Below, piece after piece: positions 38,580 through 49,868 of a DNA stretch of 64,000 bases. Positions within the stretch are counted from its first letter, which is position 1, and each line of letters starts with the position of its first letter. The position numbers were made by a program, and so were the translations under genes. This DNA is from Marsupella aquatica (lineage: Eukaryota > Plantae > Marchantiophyta), in the NCBI GenBank assembly GCA_973895155.1, contig OZ316891.1, positions 335,458 through 399,457 of the forward strand, read 5' to 3'. The notes beneath the pieces were generated by a model. The model searched no databases. It was not told the origin of the DNA and saw only the letters and a list, made by a program, of their open reading frames with translations.

Positions 38580-38840
38580 CCTAGATTAACGCCCGCCCAG
38601 GAAACCACCGGCCCATTGAACAAAATCTGGGCCGTCCAATAGCAGCTGTCCGTTGGATGGCGATGCAGGAACGCCCTCAACCCTAACAATCTGGGCCGTT
38701 CATTTTTAAATGGAGGGCAAAGATTAGCCGCGGATTGAGCGCCCTGAATGGACGGCCCAGATTGACCGCGGGTAGAGCAACCTGAATGAAGGACCAAGAT
38801 TTGCATCATGAAGGGCGATCCCGAATGGAGGGCCAAGTAC
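38580..38840. repeat. Cluster of ATCTGGGCCGTCCA-like motifs in both orientations, upstream of the kinase gene
   Basis: AATCTGGGCCGTCCAAT, AATCTGGGCCGTTCATT, AATGGACGGCCCAGATT, AATGGAGGGCCAAG. Confidence 0.5.
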
Positions 38841-39474
38841 CAATACATATCGTTAAGGAGTAAGGAAGGACCATAAACATATACATTAGGGGTTCTCAAA
38901 TATACACAAGGCACAACAGGTCGGCAACGGATCAACATTGGGAGGTCTCAAATATAGGCCCGGGGGATTACACAAGGCACAACTGGTCGGGAACGGATCA
39001 ACTCCTTGTCTGCCGACCGAGGAGGCCGTCGGCATAAAGAGTCCGAGCATTCGGTATACTGGTCTGTTCGGCATAGACTGAAGTGAGGCGGATTCGCTAG
39101 CAGTCTGGTTTGGAAATTTTGAGGTGGTGAATCGTTGCATGTTTAATTGATTGTCATGATACACTGCGGATCAAAAGGCCTTACATCGTGCGGTTGCAGG
39201 ATTTGGACTGGGTTTTCGGTGATCCAGGGTTTGGTGGATGGTGAGTTTCACGGCCTTGTACCGTAGTTTTCATCCTTGTGGTGCTCTTTCCTCTGTCGCT
39301 TCCTCTGTTGCTACGATTTCTGTCAACCCGAGGGTTTCGTTTCTGCTTGTCATTTGTATGTGCTTTCTTTTGTTATAACTTGCGTTTGTGGCTGTCTTGT
39401 CTCTGCCTTGTTTCATAGCATATATCTTAAGAAGTAAGCAGTATATTGTTCAATTGTTCAGCCTGCAAGATCCA

Positions 39475-41582
39475 ATGGCGAGTGGTGAAGAAGAAAATAT
39501 TATGAACCTGCTTCGGAGAACTATTCATGACGAAACACGACTGCGAGACGTTGCTGCGAAACTATGCCTTGGCTGGGTCGGAGTACCTATGTTGCTAGAA
39601 TCGTCGGAATTGGAGCTCGAAGCCATAATCCGGCGCGTGTTCCCAGTGGCACCTGACGGATTGGAAATGGCAATTAAGTTGGCAATTCGGCTTCAAAAAC
39701 GAAACTCTACGGATGGTAATTCCAACTGAATTTCACAGCAATGTGTTTCTCGTCAGTATCTTCTGGTTCTTGTTCTGGTTTGTCTTTTCGTTGAGATTTT
39801 TCCTTTGAGCACCCCTCTGTTGCTGCTTTGTTTTCTTTGCTGAAAAGTGATCAAGGGTATCATGGACAGCAGCTGTCGCCCTTGCTCTGGCATTTGTTTG
39901 GAAAGCACTTTTGCAATCACAGGTGTCCTGTGTCTTCCTGCTTTGCTAACCGATAAAGCATTTCTGCCGGAATCGTGCCAAATTTGTAGACTCCTTGCTC
40001 GAGTGATTATTGGATGACTTTCCTGTTTTTCTCTTCCTCTTCAACACTTCGTGATTGGTGTGTACGCAGAGGGAGCGCGACTTTCAAAGAAGGCAAAACC
40101 GTCACCAGAGGAATGCCTGTCCTTGGCAGCAAAAGCTGATGCTGAAGCTGGAGAGCGCTATTTTGGGAAACTGTTGGAACCACCTCCGACGCTCCCACGA
40201 AGTGCCCATGAACTCTCGGAGTTTTTGTCCCAGACACCAGTACCGCTCCCAATTCGCAATCTTGTAATTTTCAAGAAAATACGCTCTTCTGAGCTGGTGG
40301 AGCTTGATATTCCCGCAGCGGCGAAAGACTTGGCATCCTTCTGCGACAGTGTGTTCGGACAGATAATGCGTCATTGTCCAGGCAATGAGGCCACCAGCTC
40401 ACATGAATTGGCTACTCTCACTGGAGAGTTCATCTCATTATTAAATGAGGAGGCTCCAGCAAACGGAAAATTAAAAGGTTTGGACTGGTTACTGGATTCA
40501 CCCAATCCCCGACTAGTACTGTAGCATCGCGACCACTAAAACCGCTATTAAGACCAGATTTTCAGCTGTTTGTGAGGGAATGTCTCATTCTCCGATGGGA
40601 GAATAAGACAGACCGGGCACTTCGGCACGAGGCTGCAGTTGAGAACACCTCAAAATTAAAGGCATGGAGCCCTTTGTTCTATGGTAAGCTCCCTTATGTG
40701 ATTGGTGGTGCCTCCGGTGGAAGGCAGTTTCAATGGCTGAAGCTCTATCCGCGAGGCAAGGAAATTGTTTCTGAAAGTATCTCACAACTCTATGACTTGA
40801 ATTTGTTGAGCGATGTAGCCAAGTTCCTACATAGCACCATTCGGATGCACTGTCTCCTACAGAAACTACAGGAAGAACTGGATAGTAACATCCACTTGAT
40901 ATTATATAAGCCAATAGCAAGAGGTGATGGTGGAGCAGTGACGATCTATCCTGACTGCGTGACGAAGGAAATCCCACGATTGATGAAAGATAAGGTGACC
41001 GCGATAAAATGCCTGTATGAAAAAATCGATGGTTCCAGGTACCTGATCCAACTTATATCCACCCGACCATCCAGGGCTAAAACAGTATTGCAACTACAAC
41101 CTGTTGGTGACCCATCTGCAAAGCCTAAGGATTGCAAGGATTTAGTAAATGCCACGCATGACATGTTATGCGGCCTTGCGGACTTGCACATGAAAGGCTA
41201 CACCCACAGGGACATAAGGTGGCCCAACGTTATCAAAGTAAATGATATGGGTGAATGGAAATGGGTGATCATAGACTTGGAAGCTGCTGGAGACGACAAT
41301 GAAGTATGGGTTGGTGAGGACTTAACGGGTTGGGATGCGGAAACGTTGGAAGAAGACAATGACAAAAGGAAAAGATACACCAAGGGATCGGACATGTACC
41401 AACTCGGGAAACTTATAGCTGAATGGCTCGATGACTTTTCTAATGGCGGTAAGGAAGAACGTCAATTGATGAGATCCCGGGCAAAACAAATGCAGCAGGA
41501 ACGTACAGCAGCAGCGAAGATGCTTGAGGATATCTGCAAGAAACGTTGCGAACGATGTCGCGTGTTTGGCAGAAAGCTGTAG
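39475..41582 (+). CDS. Crinkler (CR)-type protein: helical header, PD-(D/E)xK REase-like domain and divergent Ser/Thr kinase; exons about 39475-39715 and 40070-41582; frameshift near 40500
   Basis: RPDFQLFVRECLILRWENK (PD...ExK), KLKAWSPLFYGKLPYVIG, HRDIRWPNVI, IIDLE, SDMYQLG. Donor GTAAT at 39716 and acceptor GCAG at 40069, both phase 1. Confidence 0.75.
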
Positions 41583-44111
41583 ACAGGATTCTGATACTCG
41601 TAGCAGTAACTCATTGGAAGGTGATCTGCTTTCCCTGAAATTCGTTTTCTTCCATATTTGTTGAGTTCTGTCAACTCGATTGCTGTTGATTGGCATCAAC
41701 TGTCTCACCTTGGCAAAGAGGAGACTGCCCTATGTTTTTTCTTCTCCAAATCTTCATTGACAGACAGATGCAATAACAAAACCCAATTGTAGACTTCCGC
41801 AGGTTTCTGAAAGGAAGACCGGGAGTAAACTAAAGAGAGATATCGAAGACTTTACCTGGTGAGTTAAGGCAACTCATAGAAGAAGTTTTTCTTTATGGCA
41901 TATCTGAATTTCAGGACTTGTGAGTCTCAAAATTTATCACTCCGGCCCTGGTGTTAATGACAAAGGACCGTCCTGAGATTTGCGTTGGTTGCCGAATACT
42001 ATCCATCGTTTGAAAGTTTGGCAGTTGAATGAGAGGGGGCTTCGTTTTTGCGTCATATGAACTACGTTTTAAAGGGCAGAATGTACAGAAGAATTTCATT
42101 TAGTGTAGTTCCGTATTTGTTTTGACAGCTCGGTCTGATTATTTCATAGTAGATTGCTGTCAGGTTTTGGAAAGGAAGAAGTGAAGGCACACGCAACCAT
42201 GCCTCTCAGATCAATCTCTTTGAAGACCATTATTGGGTTTAAATTGTCAGATTTCGTACATGATCTCACGACTTGCAGAGTGAGCACGGCAGATATGTCA
42301 AAGATAGTTCGAAAGGATCTCACAATGAAAAAAAGTATCTAATTGGCAAACGATGTAGGTATGCAGTAGTTCCTATTTGGGGGAAACTCTAGTAGTTGTA
42401 GCTTATTCTGCTAACTTCCCACTCAGTTTCCGATGCAAAGGGAGAATCTCCTGTTCGTTGACGATTGGGCCGGCGTGTGAAATAGCTCAAACCCATACCA
42501 AAGAGAGAATAAAGCTACGCTTAACCGATTGATATTTTAAACTCTCCTGTGCCCTTCTTCGGTCCCGTGTGTCCTCATTCTAGATTGGGTCATTATTTGG
42601 CATCTTGTACTCTGTCCTTTCCGTTCCCAAGTGGCGGATTATAGACTTAAAAATCACTCTATTCGACAATAATCAACGGAGAATTTACTTCATCATCCCA
42701 AACTACTGAATGTCTTTGGACCTCGTTGCTACTGTAAGTGCAGAGAAGTATATTAAAGTATGCTTACATGTGGAGCATAGAATAAGCTTGACAACTTCCA
42801 TATTAGCTCACTGTTTCCCCTTTTGCAGCTTACCCATCTCAAGATGGAACTTTAAAAACTGTACCAGGACGTTCGCCTCGATGAGTTTCTATAGGCAGTG
42901 GTCCAGTTGACTACACAGATAATCTTGAACCTTTCGAAGGACTCATGAAGACAACTACTTCATTGTCCACTGATTGGGAAACGATTCACGGTAAGCTGCA
43001 TCTTGATCCCTGGCTAGCTGACTAACAGACAATGGTCATCTTAGCAATGGTCACTAGCAGCATGGACAAAATATAAAATCATCTTTCAGAAAGTGGGCTG
43101 ATCTAATTTGGTAATGTTCAGTACACACTGCCTCAAACCCCATTCTTGTATTATCTTAGGCACGGAAATGGTGTGAAGTTGTTGGAGAAAGCGGAGGAAA
43201 CCCGTCCTGCAAAGAGAAACATAACCTAAAACCTTGCATCTCATTCCTGTATTATCTTCATAGCAGAATGTTTGAAGAATGCAAGCGGAGGTGCGAGAAT
43301 TCAACTATGAGTGAGACACTAGAATCCTTATTGACCTTAAACCTTACTCCAGGAGACCCAGGAAATGGCTTCAATCTTTTGTTCCTTGCTGCAGCCAAAC
43401 GTGTAATTCATTAGCAGGCCTTGTTGGGAATAGTATTCATGTGTATCCTGTACCTCATTCATTTCAACCCCAATTTAAGGAATACTGAAGTATTAGATTA
43501 ATTCTAATTTTATCTAAATATTATTAGTTAATGAATGATCAACCTCTTTAATATTTGGTGGGATAGTCAAAAACTTCAAATGTTTTGTTGCAAGATCTTT
43601 ATAACAATGCATCACTAAATGACATCAAGTACCTCTTGATGCATGCACAAATCCTTAATTAAACTGTCATTCATTGTTTCAATTGTCTATTTAATTACTA
43701 TAGGGTTGAATACAAAATAGATTGACATGCACCAGGGTGCGTGACCTACAATCATAGTACCACCCTTTAATTAGTTAGTTTCTATTGCTTTGACTCAATC
43801 AGGCATGGAACCATATAAATCATAAATCATTGAAAATTGTGTTCACTTGAAGGTGTAACTATAATTATAATTATTTATTAATAGGATTGTTGTATATTAC
43901 AATGTCTACTCGACATTCATTTGAATGTCAATAATATCATGCCTTAGTTAATATCACCAAACTAAGGCCCCACTAACTAATATTATATCTTAAATAAACT
44001 AACCAACTAACTAATTTAGACAATAAGACTTGTCTAAACTTGAGTTCTCTGGCTACTACTATTCTGAGTTGCCTTTTAAATTGTATGCTAAACTACCAGT
44101 TTCATTACTGT

Positions 44112-47100
44112 CTAGGATTTGTCACTTGCTATGCATGTCAAGAGATAGTCTCTTGCCTTGGCAGCAACATTCTTTGGAATTCCAACCAGCCTTGTCACTG
44201 GTCCTTTGCGTGCTTTGAAACACCACAAGGCAGAGGAAACATCTATTGTCTCAGCTTCCTTGTATATTGGAGCTGGATCACGTTCCCATTTCTTATCCCA
44301 AGAATCTGCCCACCGCTCTCGTGGCTGCCAGTCTGATTGACCACATGGCTTCTTTGCCATAAATGGTCTAAACCACTCAACGCCACATACATGAGTAAGA
44401 AGGTTTTGTTCATTCACTGGTCCTTCCATCACATCTGTAACAACTAACCCCATGTGGACGGGATAAACATCAAGGTCTGAGTCGTCCGGCCGTACCAACA
44501 CATAAGAGCCCTTCACAACATCGACCCTAGGGTTAAAACTCTCAGGAGGTTTATCTTTGGCAGGTCCCACATAATCCACTGTCGCCTCCAACTCACATGC
44601 CACATTTCGATATTCTGATGGAACATGCTCTCTCCATATTGATAAAGGCCAAAACCCATATTCCAAGTTGTGTGCACCTTCGGGTTGATATTGCACTTGC
44701 TCACCCTGTAGAGTATCTACAATGTCATTCCAATAATTGATGAGAGTTGTCCAACGTCGCTTTGGTTCTTCCTCTTTTGTTCGCTTTAGAATAAACTCAA
44801 AGAATGACACATGCTTCTTCAACCCTGTCAGCACTTCAGGGAGCATTTTCAGCTCCATCATTGGTAGCCGTTTGGGCACCCCAATTGGGATGTGAGGACT
44901 TTTGTCATCTTTCCATGACCACATTTCAATACCTTCCTTGGGTAACCATCCCTCATCAGTTGACTTCATTTTGTATTGGAAGCATGGCATACTACCATGA
45001 CAAACATAGAACCTGAACAGCCTGGGTTTTAAATGCCCCACCAATGCCTCAGGGCCCTTCAACATGAATGGAGCTAAGTAGCTTTTGAAATCCGGGACCT
45101 CCTATAGAAAATGGGGGACTGCATTGGGTGTCCTTGCTCTCATGAACAAGGACATTAACTCAGGCAATGAGTATGTGGGGTTATGCATCATAGACTCTGA
45201 AAAATGCCCGAACATACCGTCAACGTCCTCATGAGTATGCCCAACCACCATAAAACCAAGGTGAACCTCTTCAAACACCTCCCTTGCCGTCAACAATGAC
45301 AAATAAGCCATCATATATCTGTTCTTGTTGTCTGAGGCACAATTATCCAGTTGTAACTTCAATACTCGTGGAAGAGGCCTGAACTTCGGTGCCTCAGGTG
45401 CTGCTTCACAATGTAACCCAGGACAATCTCAGAATGCTTTTCATGCATACGAAAGAAGATAATGAAACCCTAAACCCCAATGTAGGGTTTAGGGTTTAGA
45501 CCATAATGGAACCTTAGTTTGCTACGAAAAGCCAACAACTACATAACATAAAAGTAGACTGAGCTTATATTAAAGGATTGTGACTGAGTAAATCGTACAA
45601 GATAAGAAGCCAAGAAGCTTTTAAATAAAACCCTAGACAGTCAGACCCTAAACCCCAATGTAGGGTTTAGGGTTTACACCCTATTATTTAATGAAACAAA
45701 GTAGTGTGTGTGTGTGTGTGTGTGAGCTTATATTATTAATAAGAAAAGGATTGTGAGTAAAGTACCTAGGCTTGAGATGTAGGCAATGTCATCCTCAAAT
45801 GCTCTAAGGACACTTGCCTCCAAGATATCTTTTCTTCCAAAAAGGAGGTATTTAAAAAGACTTGTCAAGTCTGGCCCCTCCACAAGAGATTTGATCATTG
45901 GATTTGGGTTTTTCAACATCCTTAGTATTGAATAAATTGACCCAATAGTGACATTGACATCACCTGGCCACACTCCAACATGATATTGGGCTATGGCCTT
46001 GGGACCATGACCATGAGTAAGGATACCAGTGACAGTAATTGGGAACTTTTGGGCACCATCCACATGCTTAGGATTGAAGGGCATTCTTGGGAGAGCTGTC
46101 TTTGAATGATCCATCTTATCATGAATAAGGCATAACACTTCCTTGGGACGATGGATGGACTCATATCTCCAAGTATGATAGCACATTCTTTGTTGTGTGT
46201 GGTCTTGGTGATGTTCCTCCTCGCCACGCCTTAGGCCCTCTAACTCTTCCTTAGCTCCTGTAAGGTTTGCTTTCCGTTGAAGCAACTCACTACAAGTTGT
46301 ACACTTTGAAAAGTTGTTGCCCTTTTTGTGACGCGAGAACTCCCTTAAATACATCTGATGTAGATGACTCAAGGTGGGTTGGGAAATTGGAGGAAAACCA
46401 GCCTCCTTGTTGACAATATTAACCCTGTTTCTAATATTCTCCCAGTAAGATTGGTTGGCAATTCCGTCAAAACCACCCTTGAATTATTTGCCATGGTTCT
46501 CAACTTGGCTGGATGATGATCAGCTGCCTCCTCAATAATCTTTTTCATTGACATGAATGCTTGAGATACTTTCTCAGACATACGCCTTTTTCCAGCATTA
46601 CCATGGGTACCTATGTTCATTCCAGCCATCACAGTCTTCTTCAAGGCATAAAATTGAGTCTTTCCTCTTGAATGAATGATTCTCCATGCCTCCAAGCACA
46701 ATACTTTGCCCTCCACTACTAGAATCATTTCGCCCGTACCCAAGTGTATTGTATTTTTTATAGCCTTGATTTCCTCCTCCTCGCGCTCCGCAAAAGATTT
46801 GGACCACCACTTTTGCCTAATTGCCATAGCCAAGTTGCGGTCCAAGTATTGGCAACAATGATCACTACAACAGTCCTTGGTGTTTATCAACACATCTTGA
46901 CGTGCCAGAGATGTGTCTCTTCTAGATGTCTGGGAAGATGGACTCTTTCTTTTTCTAGTTTTATGGACGTAGGACCGCTTTCCACTTGTAGGAGATGTGT
47001 TCCCTCCCACTTCTTGCCTAATGTTGTGGAAAGACAACAAGTTGCCATCCTTGGCAATGAGTTGGTCCATTGACCAAGCTTTTAAGCAATCTCTATGCTT

Positions 47101-47649
47101 CAGATGGTCAACCATAGCTCCCTCAACAAAATCGTTGATTGGAATTCCCACATGTGTATTCCCAAGGGTGACATCCCCAAGCTTGACTATAGGATCTAGA
47201 ACATGTATAGTTTCCACTGCAAAAATCAACTTGTTCTCATCCACCACCTTTACAGGCATGCCCATCCACAAGGCCTTTGGTAAAACTATTTCCACACGAG
47301 ACCGACCCTCATTATGGTGGTTCCCAACAGAATTTTGCTCTACTGGATCTTGATCATCACCAACTTCGCCAAACAAATCCTTCAATTCCATGGGAGCTCG
47401 AAAAAGTTGATTCCTTTCCCATACAAGGTAGCCCCCAGTCATGTCCTTCAAAAGTTCGCCATCTCCGCATTGAATAGTCTCGTCAAAAACTTCCTCCAAT
47501 AGAAGAAGAACTCTGTCCGCCCCAAGAGTAACATTGTGACAAACGCTGGAAGGATCAAGACTTATTACACGACCTTTTCCAACCTGTTTGTCACGGATGC
47601 CTATAATAACTTGTCCGCCTTCCTTGATCCAGACTGTCGATGTCACCAT
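44112..47649 (-). pseudogene. Sola1/DUF7869-like DDD transposase with two N-terminal TNP1/En-Spm-like domains and a C-terminal BAH/SH3-like segment; disrupted
   Basis: FSKCTTC, LIHDKMD, QLDNCASDNKN, FMVVGHTHEDVDGMF. Frameshift near 46400, intron about 45430-45765, in-frame TAG at 45102. Confidence 0.7.
45465..45675. repeat. Two inverted telomere-repeat hairpins in the transposase intron
   Basis: AAACCCTAAACCC-CAATGTA-GGGTTTAGGGTTT at 45465-45497; a slightly shorter copy at 45645-45675. Confidence 0.9.
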
Positions 47650-48508
47650 AATAATTATGATCTTTCACATCAACGAATATGACTATAAGCGTACTGTCCT
47701 GTCACGGCCATCAACTACCAAAGTAAGGACAAAGTATTGCACGTGACCTGTCGCATGATGCTTCTTGAGGACTTAGTAGCCGTATGAACCAATCCATTAT
47801 GCGACCAGTCACGTCATGCTTCTTCCATAACATTCTATTGTGGAACGAGCCCTATACCCGTGCGTTGCAGGGCGCAAGGAGGGCCGGCCCATAAGGAGTC
47901 GGGCCAGGGCATTTATGGAGCGGAGGGCAAGAGGAAGGAGCGAGTGCATCGGGACCCAGGGGAGGGCGACGCATCGCTCGAAAATGTATATCTTGAGGGG
48001 GGTCCATAATGAAGGCACGGGCGTGGGAGGCCCTTGCCAAAGACACGGGGGAGACCGTCAATGACACGACTGTCGATGTCACCATAATAATTATGATCTT
48101 GCACATCAGCAAATATGACTATAAGCATACTGTCTTGTCATGGCCGTCAACTACCAAAGTAAGGACAAAGTACTGCACGCGACCTATCGCGTGATGCTTT
48201 TTGAGGACTTAGTAGCCGTATGAACCAATCCATTACGCGACCAGTCGCGTCATGCTTCTTCCGTAACATTCTATTGTGGAACGAGCCCTATACCCGTGCA
48301 TTGCAGGGCGCAAGGAGGGCCGGCCCATAAGGAGTCAGGCCAGGGCATTTATGGAGCGGAGGGCGAGAGGAAGGAGCGAGCGCATCGGGACCAAGGGGAG
48401 GGCGACACATTGCTCGAAAATGTATATCCCAAGGGGGACTCCATAATGAAGGCACGGGCATGGGAGGCCCTTGCCAAAGACACTGGGGAGACCCTCAATG
48501 ACACGACT
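47632..48508. repeat. Tandem duplication of about 436 bp spanning the transposase start codon and upstream region
   Basis: GACTGTCGATGTCACCATAATAATTATGATCT at 47632 and 48068. Confidence 0.9.
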
Positions 48509-48959
48509 AACCTCTTCACAAGCATTATTATTAAATAACAAAGCTACGTCCTAGAAAGCACACTTCACGCTACCTGTTGCAAGATTCAACATTATAGATA
48601 CCTATTTCCCATAGGGTCTAAAACCTAGAAGCTAGAAGCCTAGGCCCAAACTCTAGCTTGTAGTTGGCGATTCATAAGTAAGATAAGATTGCGCTTTAAT
48701 AATAAGATACACACGTAATGACATACGGCAGAATCCAAGAGGGAACGACCGTAAAACGTTCTGAAGTGGCAGACCCCCTACAGTTCTGGAACTCTGACAA
48801 CTGAGTGGATAGTACCATTGAGTGGACACTGGACAGTCAGTATCTACTGAGGACCCCATAATCATTTCAGTACATCACTAACAATCAGTATATTTTGGGC
48901 CAGTCATCGACAATGAAATTAAAGCCATAATTATACGACAATTCAACTTGCCGCCAATT

Positions 48960-49168
48960 CTATTCCGCGCCACTCTGACGATTACTCTCTTCGAGAAACC
49001 ACCCTAGATTCCGCCCTACATTCGTGCCATTTAATTGACACACGGTTATTCTGTTGTAGAACCATCCTACATTCCGCGCTACATCTATGCCACTGAATTG
49101 ACAGACGATTACTCTCTTCTAGAAACCAACCTAGATTCTGCCCTACATTCGTGCCACTTAATTGACAA
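48960..49168. repeat. Degenerate tandem repeat of about 62-65 bp, 3-4 units
   Basis: ATTCCGCCCTACATTCGTGCCA.TTAATTGACA recurs at about 49008, 49071 and 49136. Confidence 0.7.
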
Positions 49169-49364
49169 TATCCACAGTGGTGAAGAGTAAAGACTATAAA
49201 GCATTGAGATGATGTCTAAACTGCCCATTCCCCATGCATTGCACATTTTGGTTACTAGATAATGTAATCACACATCAGCTCTCCCTTCCTTTGCTCCCAA
49301 TAGAAGAGTCTTTCCTCACACTCCAAATTCGTAGTCTCGGTCCGCATCTCTTGTTTGAAGGGCG

Positions 49365-49868
49365 ATGGCGAAGCCGGTGAGCTCGAAGAATGTGGATGTT
49401 CTAACAGACAATGTAGAAGATTCTATCTATCGTGGTACTCCTTTCAAATTGTGTAAGCGATGTGATATCATGTTCGCGGTGACTACATCCAGAGGTCAAA
49501 TGTTTTGTGAGAGAATCCACTGTTCGCCACATTTGACGACGGAAGATAAGCTGGAGAGCAATCCAACCGTGTCGAATCCAAAGATGGAATCCGGGAAAAA
49601 GTTGAAGGCCAAAGTACGCATCGATTCTGTTACGATCAAGGTAGCAGCTAATGCTAAGAAAGTCAAGAAGGAGGCCAAGAACGTGGACGCACCTACAAAA
49701 AGGAAATTAGAGATGAAGGAAGATTGTGAACTGTATTACAGAAGGAGGAAGCCGAGCAACGCACGCAAATTTATGGACCATAGAGCTTGGGCAAAGGAGG
49801 CATTCTTGGATTCTGGCGAATCTACGCCAAACACGGATGAGTGGATGCCATCTTCGTGGAATGATTGA
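49365..49868 (+). CDS. Uninterrupted 167-aa ORF with CxxC...CxxxxC zinc-ribbon-like motif and Lys-rich region; function unknown
   Basis: ATG start; CKRC...CERIHC; oriented divergently from the transposase. Confidence 0.4.
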   Translation: MAKPVSSKNVDVLTDNVEDSIYRGTPFKLCKRCDIMFAVTTSRGQMFCERIHCSPHLTTEDKLESNPTVSNPKMESGKKLKAKVRIDSVTIKVAANAKKVKKEAKNVDAPTKRKLEMKEDCELYYRRRKPSNARKFMDHRAWAKEAFLDSGESTPNTDEWMPSSWND

